A DNA stretch of 64,000 nucleotides from an uncultured Paraprevotella sp. (GTDB taxonomy: Bacteria > Bacteroidota > Bacteroidia > Bacteroidales > Bacteroidaceae), in the NCBI GenBank assembly GCA_964523985.1, contig CAZGBV010000002.1, positions 6 to 64,005 on the forward strand. The letters are read 5' to 3'. Position 1 is the stretch's first letter; every line of letters begins with the position of its first letter. Under the pieces are notes generated by a model. That model had not been told where the DNA came from. It saw only the letters and a list, made by a program, of their open reading frames with translations, and ran no database searches. A program made the position numbers and the translations under genes. This document shows, piece after piece, positions 20,607 to 30,480 of this stretch.

Positions 20607-21044
20607 TTACGGATTGTGGGCGGCGCGCCCCAAATGCCGCCCCTGCCATTCCTCGTAGCAAGCCGGCTTGTCCACCATGAGCGTCCCGCCGTCATCGACG
20701 AACAGCTGCACCGTGCTCCCTTCCGCACACAAGATGCCGTCGGACTCGCGGAATATCCTGTACCCGAAATCCAGCCGCGCGCCGGGACGGAACTTGTAGA
20801 GCGTGTGGATTGCCGCCACGTCGTCCAACGCCAGAGGGGCGTAGAACTTCACGTGCAGTTCGTACACCGGCGCGTAGACACCCGCCTGTTGCATGTCGGC
20901 ATACCCTATGCCCGGGTAATGCCTGCCGAAGGACTCGCGCCCGTCCTCGAAGAAGGCGACGTAAGCCCCGTGCCACGCCCTGCGCATCGAGTCGATTTCG
21001 CTGAACCTCACCCTTACGCGGCAGATGTCTTCCAGTCCGTCCAT
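20607..21044 (-). CDS. Acyl-CoA/ACP thioesterase (4HBT hotdog, ApeK-like)
   Basis: VRVRFSEIDSM..AWHGAYVAFFEDGRE; start chosen at ATG 21044. Confidence 0.85.
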   Translation of the reverse strand: MDGLEDICRVRVRFSEIDSMRRAWHGAYVAFFEDGRESFGRHYPGIGYADMQQAGVYAPVYELHVKFYAPLALDDVAAIHTLYKFRPGARLDFGYRIFRESDGILCAEGSTVQLFVDDGGTLMVDKPACYEEWQGRHLGRAAHNP

Positions 21045-21066
21045 CTCCTCCTGACAAGTCCCGCTG

Positions 21067-21795
21067 TCACGTGTAAAGCCCGCCATTGACAGATATCACT
21101 TCCCCGGTGACGTAGGCGGCATCGGGCGAGACGAGGAAGGCGACTACCCCCGCCACTTCTTCCGGCAACCCGAAACGGCCTGCCGGGATGGCCTTCTTCA
21201 AGGCGGCCTCGTCCAGCCCCTCCACCATGTCGGTGCGGATGAATCCGGGCGCCACGGCGTTCACCGTCACGTTCTTCCGCGCCACTTCCTGCGCCAGTGC
21301 CTTCGTGGCCGCGATGATGCCGCCCTTCGCCGCGGAATAATTCGTCTGCCCCGCCATGCCTTTCAGCCCGCTCACGCTCGCCAGGCTGACGATGCGCCCG
21401 TACTTGTGCACCAGCATCGGTTGCAGCAAGGGCTGCGTCACGTTGTAGAAGCCCCCGAGACCCGTTTCCAGCACGCGGTCCCAGTCCTCGCCGGGCATGA
21501 ACACCATCAGGTTGTCGTTACGCACCCCCGCGTTGTTCACCACCACTTCTATGTATTCTTCCGGATGCCCGTCCATCCACGCCTCGAGCGCGGCGGTCGT
21601 CTGCCCGCGGTTTCCCACGTCGAATTTCAGCACTTCTCCGTCCTGCCCTTCCTGCCGCACCATTTCCAGCGTGCGCTCCGCCTCGTCGGTGCGGCTCATG
21701 CAGTTCACCAGCACGCGGTAGCCCATGCGGGCCAACCTCACGCAGACAGCCCGCCCTATCCCGCGGCTGCCTCCTGTCACCAAGGCATACTTCAT
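21067..21795 (-). CDS. fabG: 3-oxoacyl-ACP reductase (cluster-associated paralogue)
   Basis: ALVTGGSRGIG, VNNAG, NYSAAK, VNAVAPGFIRTDM; real start at ATG 21795. Confidence 0.92.
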   Translation of the reverse strand: MKYALVTGGSRGIGRAVCVRLARMGYRVLVNCMSRTDEAERTLEMVRQEGQDGEVLKFDVGNRGQTTAALEAWMDGHPEEYIEVVVNNAGVRNDNLMVFMPGEDWDRVLETGLGGFYNVTQPLLQPMLVHKYGRIVSLASVSGLKGMAGQTNYSAAKGGIIAATKALAQEVARKNVTVNAVAPGFIRTDMVEGLDEAALKKAIPAGRFGLPEEVAGVVAFLVSPDAAYVTGEVISVNGGLYT

Positions 21796-23285
21796 GTCTC
21801 CATTCCTTTCTTGTCCGTTACGATATTCCATATCCTTTCGCGTCCCAGCATTTCCGCGCAAGTGAACAACGCGGTCATCGTCACGCCGTACACCCCGTGT
21901 AGCATGAGGTTCTGACCTGTGAGGAACAGGTTGGGGACGGGCGTGCGCACGGACAGCAAGACCGCCAGCGGGTTCCTGTAATCTTTGCGCAAGCCGTAGG
22001 CCGTGCCTTCCGGGGCGCCGGTGTAGTCGCGGTATGTGAGCGGGGTGCTCGTGTGGCATTCCCATACTCCGTCGCCCAGTCCCGGCATGACCCGTTCCGC
22101 CAGACGGATGCATTCGTCGGCCTTGCGCCTTTTCATGGCTTCATAGTCCGCGCCGCGCCGTCCGGTTCCCGTGTCGCTCCACGCCGCGCATTCCTCCCAC
22201 GTCATCGGGGTCAGCAAGTCCACCTGAGAGGCGAAGCGGCTCCCGTCCTCCGGCACGCGGCATCCGGCCATCAGCCCGCACACCGGCCCTTCTTCCTCGT
22301 AGAACGTCCACACTCCGGGGTGGTCGTAAACGTACCGGTTGTAATTGAAATACTCCAGCGACCCGGGCTTCATCCGCAACGACGCGGTGAACATGCCGAA
22401 AGTGTTGCGCATCCCCGCCATGCGGTGGCGATAGGCACTTTTTATCCTTTCGCTCCGTTTCACCAGCTTGCAAGTCTGCTCCGGGTGAATGTCGCTGATG
22501 AAAGCCGCCCCCTCGTACACCTCGCCGTCGCGGCATACGGCGGCGGCCAGCTTCCCTCCTTTTTCCACCAGCTCCACCACTTCCGCGCCGCAAACCACCC
22601 GTCCGCCCTGATCGCCGATGCCTTTCGCCAGCGTGTCGGCAATCAACGCCCCTCCTCCCTTCAGCCGCCAGCTGCTTTCGATGAAACTGCTCTGGCCATG
22701 AAGGAAGGCGAAAAGCGGAAGCGACTCGCGGCGGATTTCCATCGTAAGGGATGTCCCGCTGAGCACGTCCACCAGCAACGGGTCACAGAACATCTCGTTC
22801 AGGTAACGCCACGCGCTCGTTTCCACGAGGAAGGAAGGCGGTTCGGCCTTGTCCGCACGCGGATTGAGCAAGTCCAGTTCCTGTTCCGACGTGTGCCTCA
22901 GCAAGGATGCGTACCGCTCCAAGGCCGTGCGCTCGGACGGGAACTCGCACGAAAGCGTGGAGGCGAAATCGTCGTAACCTTGCGCGAAAGCGAAAGTGCG
23001 CCGCCCCACCGTCACCTTGGCGAACTCGCGGTCGAGGCGTTGCCAGGGCAGCCCGGCCAGCCCCAAGTAGGCGAACACTGAATGGAACGGCCGGCCGTCG
23101 TCCAAACCGCCGACGCAATGAAAGCCGGTGTCGTAAGCCAGCCCGTGCCTGCGGTAAGACTGGATGCACCCGCCAGGCTGGCGACCTTGTTCGAGGACGA
23201 GAACCCCCAGACCGGCGCGCGAAAGGATGTAAGCGCATTCCAGTCCGCCCAATCCGCTGCCTATGACCACCGCGTCGTACTTCAT
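21792..23285 (-). CDS. FAD-dependent oxidoreductase, phytoene desaturase / retinol saturase-like
   Basis: VVIGSGLGGL, LEQ..QPGGC, YDTGFHCVG, STPLTYRDY..GTAYG, NLFLTGQ..HGVYGV. Confidence 0.88.
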   Translation of the reverse strand: MKYDAVVIGSGLGGLECAYILSRAGLGVLVLEQGRQPGGCIQSYRRHGLAYDTGFHCVGGLDDGRPFHSVFAYLGLAGLPWQRLDREFAKVTVGRRTFAFAQGYDDFASTLSCEFPSERTALERYASLLRHTSEQELDLLNPRADKAEPPSFLVETSAWRYLNEMFCDPLLVDVLSGTSLTMEIRRESLPLFAFLHGQSSFIESSWRLKGGGALIADTLAKGIGDQGGRVVCGAEVVELVEKGGKLAAAVCRDGEVYEGAAFISDIHPEQTCKLVKRSERIKSAYRHRMAGMRNTFGMFTASLRMKPGSLEYFNYNRYVYDHPGVWTFYEEEGPVCGLMAGCRVPEDGSRFASQVDLLTPMTWEECAAWSDTGTGRRGADYEAMKRRKADECIRLAERVMPGLGDGVWECHTSTPLTYRDYTGAPEGTAYGLRKDYRNPLAVLLSVRTPVPNLFLTGQNLMLHGVYGVTMTALFTCAEMLGRERIWNIVTDKKGMET

Positions 23286-23292
23286 CACCCCG

Positions 23293-23661
23293 TCAAACGA
23301 CCGACATCAAGCCCTTGTATTCCATGCACGTGCGCCCGCCGGCGGTCATCCGCGCCGCGACCTCCAGCCCGCCTTCCGCGGGGGTAAGGCTCACCGCCAC
23401 GTCCACTTCCGCGCACGAGGCGGGCGAAACCACCGACATCAGGCGGCACTGCTTGATTGTGCGGATGCGCAACTCCTTGCCGGCCAGCTCCATGGCACAC
23501 TCCTTGACCACTTGGATGCTGAACGCGCCGGGACACACCGGATGCCCCGGGAAATGGCCGCGGTAGGCATCGCAATCCGGCAGGAGCGCGATGCGGAACA
23601 CCGTGAAGCCTCCTGAAACGTGCCGCCCCGACACCTTATAATAATAGTCCCTCAGCCACAT
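23293..23661 (-). CDS. FabZ-like 3-hydroxyacyl-ACP dehydratase (ApeI-like)
   Basis: YRGHFPGHPVCPG motif. Confidence 0.85.
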   Translation of the reverse strand: MWLRDYYYKVSGRHVSGGFTVFRIALLPDCDAYRGHFPGHPVCPGAFSIQVVKECAMELAGKELRIRTIKQCRLMSVVSPASCAEVDVAVSLTPAEGGLEVAARMTAGGRTCMEYKGLMSVV

Positions 23662-24067
23662 AAATCTTCATTTGCGTGACGGCCACCGTCTCTTCCCCCA
23701 CGCAGGTCTCGCCCGCCAGCGCGGTCACGCCGCCCACTTCCGGCCCGAAAGTCACGGTAGTCTGCAGTTCCTCTCCCACCCGGGGGCACCGCAGGCACCG
23801 GAACTTCTTCACCTCGCCGATATAGCCCACGGGAGGCTCCGTCGCCCCCGCTTCCAGGGCTTTGTAGCCGGCAAAGGCGGAAGCCGACTGGGCGATGTGT
23901 TCCACGAGCCCCGGCTCGGCCAACGTCCCGTCGTCGCCCACGAAGTCGTTGTCGCGGCGCACCGTGAGCCTCGTCCGCGCCGTGTCGCCGTCCGCGCCGT
24001 CCAGTGCGTCGACGAGCAACACCGGCTCGCGCTGTGGAATCAGGCTTTTGATGTCGTAATGCGTCAT
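23636..24067 (-). CDS. Hotdog-fold dehydratase partner (ApeP-like)
   Basis: LIPQREPVLLVD, GLVEHIAQSASA, VGYIGEVK. Confidence 0.8.
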   Translation of the reverse strand: MTHYDIKSLIPQREPVLLVDALDGADGDTARTRLTVRRDNDFVGDDGTLAEPGLVEHIAQSASAFAGYKALEAGATEPPVGYIGEVKKFRCLRCPRVGEELQTTVTFGPEVGGVTALAGETCVGEETVAVTQMKIYVAEGLLL

Positions 24068-24312
24068 TCCTTCTCCACGTGCGACTCGATATAATCGTAA
24101 AGGTTGTCGAACGTCTTGATTTCGCGCAAGTCCGACACGGGTATCTTCAACTTGTAGGTCTGCTGGATGATGGCCACGAGGTCCACGAGGCTCAGGCTGT
24201 CGAGGGAGAGCGTGTCCCTCACGTTCGCGTCCGGGGCAAAATTCTCCTCTCCCACTTCAAAATCTTCCGCCAACAAGGCGTTCACTTTTTTTACGATGTC
24301 TTCGCGTGTCAT
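24064..24312 (-). CDS. Acyl carrier protein
   Basis: 82 aa, acidic, LSLDSLSLVDL phosphopantetheine site. Confidence 0.92.
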   Translation of the reverse strand: MTREDIVKKVNALLAEDFEVGEENFAPDANVRDTLSLDSLSLVDLVAIIQQTYKLKIPVSDLREIKTFDNLYDYIESHVEKE

Positions 24313-24351
24313 GTCTGTCTGTTTTTATCGTGTCCGTTAGTCGTATGATTT

Positions 24352-25572
24352 TCACATATCCCTTATGATAAGGGTGGAGTTCGTCCCCCCGAAGCCGAAA
24401 GAATTGGAGAGGAACATGTCGAAGTGAGCTTCCCGCGTCTCCGGCACGACGTTGATGCAGGCCGTGTCCTCGTCGGGGTTCTCGAAATTGACGCTCCCCG
24501 CGATGAAGCCGTTCTTCATCATCAGCGTGGAATATATCAGCTCGCTCGCCCCGGCCATCCACATCTCGTGACCCGTCTGGCTCTTGGTGGAAGTCACCGG
24601 CACCTTGCAGTCGCCGAACACGCGCGCTATCGCTTGTGCCTCGCGACTGTCGCCGATGCGGGTGGACGTGGCATGGGCGTTGATGTAGCCGATTTGCGAC
24701 GGGGTCACGCCGGCATGCCGCAAACAGAGCTCCAGCGACCGCGCCGGCCCCTCCACGTTGGGCGTGGAGATGTGGTCGCCGTTCCCGGAAAAGCCCCATC
24801 CCGCCACTTCGCACAAGACGGGCGCGCCGCGCTTCACGGCATGCTCGTAGCTTTCCACCACCACCGTGGCCGCGCCCCCTCCGGGCACCAGCCCGTCCCT
24901 GTCGCGGTCGAACGGGCGGCTGGCCTTCGTCGGCTCGTCCTCACGCACGGAGAACGACTGTATGCCGTCGAAAGAGGCCACGCCGTAAAGGTTCGCCTCC
25001 TGGGCACCCCCGCACACGATGCAATCCTGCAGCCCGTCGCGGATGAGGATGTAGGCCAGTCCCACTGCATGGGAGCTCGAAGCGCACGCGGCCGATGCCG
25101 TCAGGTTGATGCCGCGCAACCGGAACAGGCAGGCGAGGTTCATCGTCACGGTGGAGTTCATCGACTGGAAGATGGCCCCGCTGCCGCACGCCGCCGTGTC
25201 CTTGAACTCGCGGAACTTGTCGAGTGCACGCATGGTAGCCTCGGCCACGGAATCGTTCCCGTAAATTATCCCTATCTCGTGGCTGTCGACGTAATCAGAG
25301 TCCAAACGGGCTTGGCTGAGGGCCGCACGCGTCGCCATGTAGGCATATTGCGCCTCCTCGGGCATGAACTGGCGCAAGTTGCGCGACACGAAAGGCTTCA
25401 AGTCCGGCCGCCCCACGGAAGCGCACAAGGCGGAACGAAACCCCGCTTCCTTGCGCTCCGGGGAGTACACGATGCCGCTTTTCCCGGCATAGAGCGCGTC
25501 GCGCACCTCGTCCAGCGTGCTGCCGAGGCACGACCAAATTCCCATCCCCGTTATCACAACTCTGTTTCCCAT
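24352..25572 (-). CDS. Beta-ketoacyl-ACP synthase (FabB/F-like, APE/flexirubin-cluster type)
   Basis: RVVITGMG, SAACASS (Cys), YINAHATST (His), KSQTGHEMWMAG (His), SNSFGFGGTN; start ATG 25572. Confidence 0.92.
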   Translation of the reverse strand: MGNRVVITGMGIWSCLGSTLDEVRDALYAGKSGIVYSPERKEAGFRSALCASVGRPDLKPFVSRNLRQFMPEEAQYAYMATRAALSQARLDSDYVDSHEIGIIYGNDSVAEATMRALDKFREFKDTAACGSGAIFQSMNSTVTMNLACLFRLRGINLTASAACASSSHAVGLAYILIRDGLQDCIVCGGAQEANLYGVASFDGIQSFSVREDEPTKASRPFDRDRDGLVPGGGAATVVVESYEHAVKRGAPVLCEVAGWGFSGNGDHISTPNVEGPARSLELCLRHAGVTPSQIGYINAHATSTRIGDSREAQAIARVFGDCKVPVTSTKSQTGHEMWMAGASELIYSTLMMKNGFIAGSVNFENPDEDTACINVVPETREAHFDMFLSNSFGFGGTNSTLIIRDM

Positions 25573-25589
25573 ATTCCTGTCTGTTTTTC

Positions 25590-26726
25590 CTATAAGTCCT
25601 TCTTGTAACATCTCCTCCGTTTGGTGAAAGTGGGGTGCAACGGCTTCCATTGGCTCAGCTCCTTCACGTTGTCCTCCAACTGCGGCCCGGTCTCGGCATA
25701 CCGGAATCCCAATCGGTTGTACACGGGTATCAAGTCGTTGAAGAACAAGGCGTTTACTCCCAGGCCTTGGTAATCCGGGCGCACGGCCACGAGGAACATC
25801 TCGGCTTTCTCCTCCCTTTTCCACTTTAGCGCGCGCAACAGATGGAACCACCCCAGCGGCCACAGCCGTCCGCCGGACTTGCGCAGGGCATGCGACAGGC
25901 TGGGCATCGTGATGGCCGTCCCCACCAATTCGCCCTTCTCGTTTTCCACCGCCGAGAGCATCCGCAGGTCGAGCAACGGAAGGTAACGGCCCAGGAAGTC
26001 GTCTATCTGCTTGTCAGTAAATTCCGAGAACCCGAAGAGTGGCGCATACGACACGTTCAGCAGGTCGAACACTTTCCTGCCGTAGCCCTTGAACCATACG
26101 TCCGCCCTCGTCAGCTTCCTCGTCCGCAGGCCGAACATCTCCTTTGAAAGCTTCGCCACCCTGGCATACTTCGCCGGCACCTCTTCAGGCACCCGTATGC
26201 TCACATGCACCCAGTCCACTTCTTTCTCGTATCCCAGTGCCTCCATGTGGCGCGGGTAGTAAGGCGGGTTGTATATCGTCACCATCGACCCCATCTGGTC
26301 GAAGTCTTCCACGAGCATGCCTTCCTTGTCGAAGTCGGAAATTCCCATGGGGCCTTGGATACGGTTCATGCCACGCTCGCGCCCCCAGTGCTCCACCGCC
26401 TCCAACAAGGCCGCCGGCACCTCCTCGTCGTCGACGAATTCTATCAAGCCGAAGCGGACGTTCCTCGTGTGCCACTTCTCGTTGGCGCGGTGGTTGATGA
26501 TGCCGACGACGCGCCCCACCGCGTTCCCGCCCTCGTCGTAGGCGATGAAAGGCCGCACTTCCGAGACATCGCGCCCCGCATTCTTGCGGGGGGAGAGCAT
26601 CTCGCGGATGTCCGCCTCCATGTCAGGGACATAATAAAGGCAACCGGCATACAACCTTTCCGTAAGTTTCACGAAATCATCCGTTTCGCGCCCCTTACTC
26701 ACTTCCTTTACTCTTATTCTACCCAT
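25590..26726 (-). CDS. YghO-like double-GNAT N-acyltransferase (bacterial ceramide synthase-like)
   Basis: GRVVGIIN..NEKW..RFGLIEFVDD, IQGPMG..DKEGMLVEDFD, YNPPYY, VAVRPDYQGLG, LEDN; start ATG 26726. Confidence 0.75.
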   Translation of the reverse strand: MGRIRVKEVSKGRETDDFVKLTERLYAGCLYYVPDMEADIREMLSPRKNAGRDVSEVRPFIAYDEGGNAVGRVVGIINHRANEKWHTRNVRFGLIEFVDDEEVPAALLEAVEHWGRERGMNRIQGPMGISDFDKEGMLVEDFDQMGSMVTIYNPPYYPRHMEALGYEKEVDWVHVSIRVPEEVPAKYARVAKLSKEMFGLRTRKLTRADVWFKGYGRKVFDLLNVSYAPLFGFSEFTDKQIDDFLGRYLPLLDLRMLSAVENEKGELVGTAITMPSLSHALRKSGGRLWPLGWFHLLRALKWKREEKAEMFLVAVRPDYQGLGVNALFFNDLIPVYNRLGFRYAETGPQLEDNVKELSQWKPLHPTFTKRRRCYKKDL

Positions 26727-26735
26727 GACAAGTTG

Positions 26736-26760
26736 CAAAATTACGTTTTTTTTACTTTTG
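26736..26760. promoter_or_regulatory. Back-to-back -7 promoter elements
   Basis: TAATTTTG on minus (26736-26743) and TACTTTTG on plus (26753-26760). Confidence 0.6.
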
Positions 26761-27910
26761 CACAAAGCCGCGAGGTTTCAAAGCCGACTTCGCGGGAGAA
26801 AAGACAATGTTTTAAAACGTTTGCGGGAAAAGGCGGAGGCAGCTCCGCGAAAGTCCGCCGACATCCGGCAACATGCCAAGAAGAAAGGAAACGATGCAGT
26901 CCCCTGCAAGAAGCAGACACAATGTCTTTTTACCCGTATGACGGAGAAAAGACTCATGCGCGTCTGATAAGGTGTTCCTGATTTAAGTTTCTGCATTTCA
27001 GTGAAAAAAACGATATGTCTCATCCGAGACAGCGTCCAAGTCCTGCGGGAAAGACTTTCCGTCCGGCGCGGGAAATATTCTTTCACGGCTCGCCGCGACC
27101 CCGGCTCCGGCACATTGCCGCCCGGACGGAGTGGAAAGCGAAAAAAGTGTGCGCTGACGACCTCCTTTTCTCTCGTTTCCGGTCTGGTTTGCTCGCGAAT
27201 CCAAAATCCGGAACGTCCGCCCGGAGCGTCCGTTTAGCCCCCGACGAAATGACACCGCGGACGCGGATTCCTGCGGAATGTCATTTTGTATTCGAAACGC
27301 GGGTTCAGCCGTCTTTTTGACGGGAAAAAGCAGATTCTCCTAACCAGCACTTGACTCAAAAAGTTCCAAATAGAGAAAAATCCGGGCGATTCTGACAACA
27401 TATTTTTTCAATTGAACCTCTTTTTTCACGTTTGTTAGGCAAAACGGCGCGATTTTGTGCCGCGAAAAATTTCCGGATGACGTGACAAAACACTTTTTTT
27501 GTCGTGTCGCCGCGATTCGAATCTCGGCACATTCCGGGAAAAACCGCCCGCGAGCGGGGCAACGGCCTGCCGGGAACGGTCTTCTGACAGCTCTTTGACG
27601 TGCCGCCTTTGTAAGGATTTTGCCGACAGATTGTCATGCGGGACAGCATTTCCGCTTGCACGTCCCGTCGCGACAGGCGCACGGCACGCTTCCCCGTCCG
27701 GCACGGTGCAAGCCCGAACCGCCTTTCGGCTTACAAACTGATTTCCCGAAACCGTGCGAAAATCGATTTTTTCCGTCCGCCCCCTCTTCACGGCGGAAAA
27801 ACGCGGAAATCAAGAGGCCGGAACGACATTCTGACAATCCGTCATTTTCGCGCAGGACATTCTCCCCTCCCCTGCCCCCCCTTCGGGCAAAAAGTCGGTT
27901 CGTTTCGGGT

Positions 27911-27950
27911 AAAAGAAAGCCGTTGCACAGAATCACTTCTCCGCAACGGC
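27911..27950 (-). terminator. Intrinsic terminator of the fumarase gene
   Basis: gccgttgc...gcaacggc stem followed on the minus strand by tttctttt. Confidence 0.6.
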
Positions 27951-28036
27951 CTATAACGGTGAAACTACGCTAACTATAACTCTCCATAAAAATAAAAAAT
28001 CACTTCACCGTTACTTTTCCTGTCTTGTATGGAAGG

Positions 28037-29680
28037 CTATTCCCTACGGGCGTTCCAGGGCTTGATTTGCTTGAAGAAATCGTTGCCTTTGTTGTCCACA
28101 AGGATAAACGCCGGGAAGTCCTCCACTTCTATTTTCCAGATGGCCTCCATGCCCAATTCGGGGTATTCCACGCACTCGATGCTCTTGATGTTGTCCTGCG
28201 CGAGGATGGCCGCCGGGCCGCCTATGGAACCGAGGTAGAAACCGCCGTGCTTCTTGCAGGCGTCGGTCACGGCCTGGCTGCGGTTGCCCTTGGCCAGCAT
28301 GACCATGGAGCCGCCGCGGCTCTGGAACAAGTCCACGTAGGGATCCATGCGGTTGGCCGTAGTCGGGCCCATGGAGCCGCACGCCATTCCCTTCGGGGTC
28401 TTGGCGGGGCCGGCATAATAGATAGGATGGTCCTTGATGTATTGCGGCAAGTCCTCGCCGCGGTCGAGGCGTTCCTTCAGCTTGGCGTGGGCGATGTCGC
28501 GCCCCACGATAATCGTGCCGTTCAAGGACAGGCGCGTGGCCACCGGGTATTTGTCCAATTGCGCCAGGATTTCCTTCATCGGGCGGTTCAAGTCCACGCG
28601 CACCACGTCGCCTTCGCCCGCCCGGCGCAGTTCTTCCGGAATCAGTTCGCCCGGATTGCCGTCGAGCTTCTCTATCCAGATGCCGTCCCTGTCGATTTTG
28701 CACTTGATGTTGCGGTCGGCCGAGCAGGACACGCCCAGGCCCACCGGGCAAGACGCGCCGTGGCGCGGCAGGCGGATGATGCGCACGTCGTGCGCGAGGT
28801 ACTTTCCGCCGAACTGCGCCCCGAGGCCTATCTTATGCGCCTCTTCCAAGACGAGCTTTTCAAGCTCCACGTCGCGGAAGGCACGCCCCGTGGCGTCGCC
28901 CGTGGTCGGCAGGTTGTCGTAATAATGCGTGGAAGCCAGCTTCACCGTGAGCAGGTTCTTCTCGGCGGAAGTGCCGCCGACGACGAACGCGATGTGATAG
29001 GGAGGGCAGGCGGCCGTGCCGAGGCTCTTCATCTTCTCAATCATGAACGGCACCAGGGTAGCCGGGTTGAGGATGGCTTTCGTCTCCTGATACAGGTAAG
29101 TCTTGTTGGCGGATCCGCCGCCTTTGGTCACGCACAGGAAGCGGTACTCCATGCCCTCGGTGGCCTCGATGTCGATTTGCGCCGGGAGGTTGCACTTGGT
29201 GTTGACTTCTTCGTACATGCTCAACGGGGCGTTCTGGCTGTAACGCAGGTTCTCCTCGGTGTAAGTCTTGTAGACGCCTTTCGACAAGGCCTCCTCGTCG
29301 CAATAACCGGTCCACACCTGCTGGCCCTTTTCGCCGTGGATGATGGCCGTGCCGGTGTCCTGGCAGAAAGGGAGGACGCCCTTGCATGCCACTTCGGCAT
29401 TGCGCAGGAACGTCAGCGCCACGTACTTGTCGTTGTCGCTCGCTTCGGGGTCGCGCAGTATCTTCGCCACTTGCTCGTTATGGGAGCGTCGCAACATGAA
29501 CGACACGTCGCGGAACGCCGCGTTGGCCATCGCCGTCAATCCCTCCGGCGCCACCTTCAGCACGGGGCATCCTTCGAACTCGCCGACCGACACGTAGTCC
29601 TTGGTCAGCAAATAATATTCAGTGTCGTCCCTGCCCGTCTGGAACATCGGGGCGTACTTGAACTCGGGTGCATTTGCCAT
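28037..29680 (-). CDS. fumA: Class I (Fe-S) fumarate hydratase
   Basis: [51 protein letters not shown]; A versus B not distinguishable. Confidence 0.95.
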   Translation of the reverse strand: MANAPEFKYAPMFQTGRDDTEYYLLTKDYVSVGEFEGCPVLKVAPEGLTAMANAAFRDVSFMLRRSHNEQVAKILRDPEASDNDKYVALTFLRNAEVACKGVLPFCQDTGTAIIHGEKGQQVWTGYCDEEALSKGVYKTYTEENLRYSQNAPLSMYEEVNTKCNLPAQIDIEATEGMEYRFLCVTKGGGSANKTYLYQETKAILNPATLVPFMIEKMKSLGTAACPPYHIAFVVGGTSAEKNLLTVKLASTHYYDNLPTTGDATGRAFRDVELEKLVLEEAHKIGLGAQFGGKYLAHDVRIIRLPRHGASCPVGLGVSCSADRNIKCKIDRDGIWIEKLDGNPGELIPEELRRAGEGDVVRVDLNRPMKEILAQLDKYPVATRLSLNGTIIVGRDIAHAKLKERLDRGEDLPQYIKDHPIYYAGPAKTPKGMACGSMGPTTANRMDPYVDLFQSRGGSMVMLAKGNRSQAVTDACKKHGGFYLGSIGGPAAILAQDNIKSIECVEYPELGMEAIWKIEVEDFPAFILVDNKGNDFFKQIKPWNARRE

Positions 29681-29724
29681 AATCGTCTTTGTTTTGTTCC
29701 TAAAAGATGTGAATAAAATTAGAC

Positions 29725-30399
29725 TTACCAGTCATCCGTCTCATTGCCAACCAAACCGTTTTTAACGCACTCTTCAATCTTATCCATTACCACATTCGAG
29801 TAAGCATACGACATGATAAGAGCTTTGCTGGAAGTCTTTTTGTGAGAGTCGTCTTCTTTGTTAAATGGGAAACATTTATCAAGCACCCAATTTTCATCAG
29901 AATGTATAACAGTACCGTCGCCAAACCATCCACCACCAACTAAGCGAACTACGGAATAGAAAGGTACAGTATAGGTTACACGAATTTTATTGTCTTTGAT
30001 GTCGCACTTGATTATAGGTCTGATGTTTACATTATATGAGTTCATACCTCCTATATGTTGGGCAATGCTTTCCATATAGCCTTGAGCGATAATGGTACCA
30101 AGCTCTTTGTCGTTCAACTGAATAACAAAATTGGCTTTGTTGAAAGTTCCAGAGAACCAATAGTTTAACAGTACATAAAGTTGGTCTTTTGTTTTTCCTG
30201 GGGCTTCAATAACTTGAACAAAGGTTAAGGCATTATTCTTGTCCAAATTAAGCTGGCTACCCAATTTTTCGGCAACATCAACCCATTTTTCGCCATACTT
30301 CATTTTGGCATACTCTTCCAACTCTTCTGTACGCAAAATTTGCGCATTGACTGATTGGATACATAAAATGAGTGATAACACTGAAAACAACTTTTTCAT
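29725..30399 (-). CDS. Exported DUF4468-like protein, AT-rich
   Basis: Signal peptide; [38 protein letters not shown]; visibly much more AT-rich than its flanks. Confidence 0.72.
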   Translation of the reverse strand: MKKLFSVLSLILCIQSVNAQILRTEELEEYAKMKYGEKWVDVAEKLGSQLNLDKNNALTFVQVIEAPGKTKDQLYVLLNYWFSGTFNKANFVIQLNDKELGTIIAQGYMESIAQHIGGMNSYNVNIRPIIKCDIKDNKIRVTYTVPFYSVVRLVGGGWFGDGTVIHSDENWVLDKCFPFNKEDDSHKKTSSKALIMSYAYSNVVMDKIEECVKNGLVGNETDDW

Positions 30400-30480
30400 T
30401 ATGCTAAATCTAATAAAAGATATTCCTTGTCCATTCCCTTTTTGTTCTCTTCTGCAAAGATAGTTGTTTTATCGCCGTTC

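Noticed and set aside
27945-27984. Two ctataac motifs resembling the rRNA homing-endonuclease site TAACTATAACGGTC
   Set aside because: The matches are short and partial with no surrounding rRNA similarity, so likely chance.
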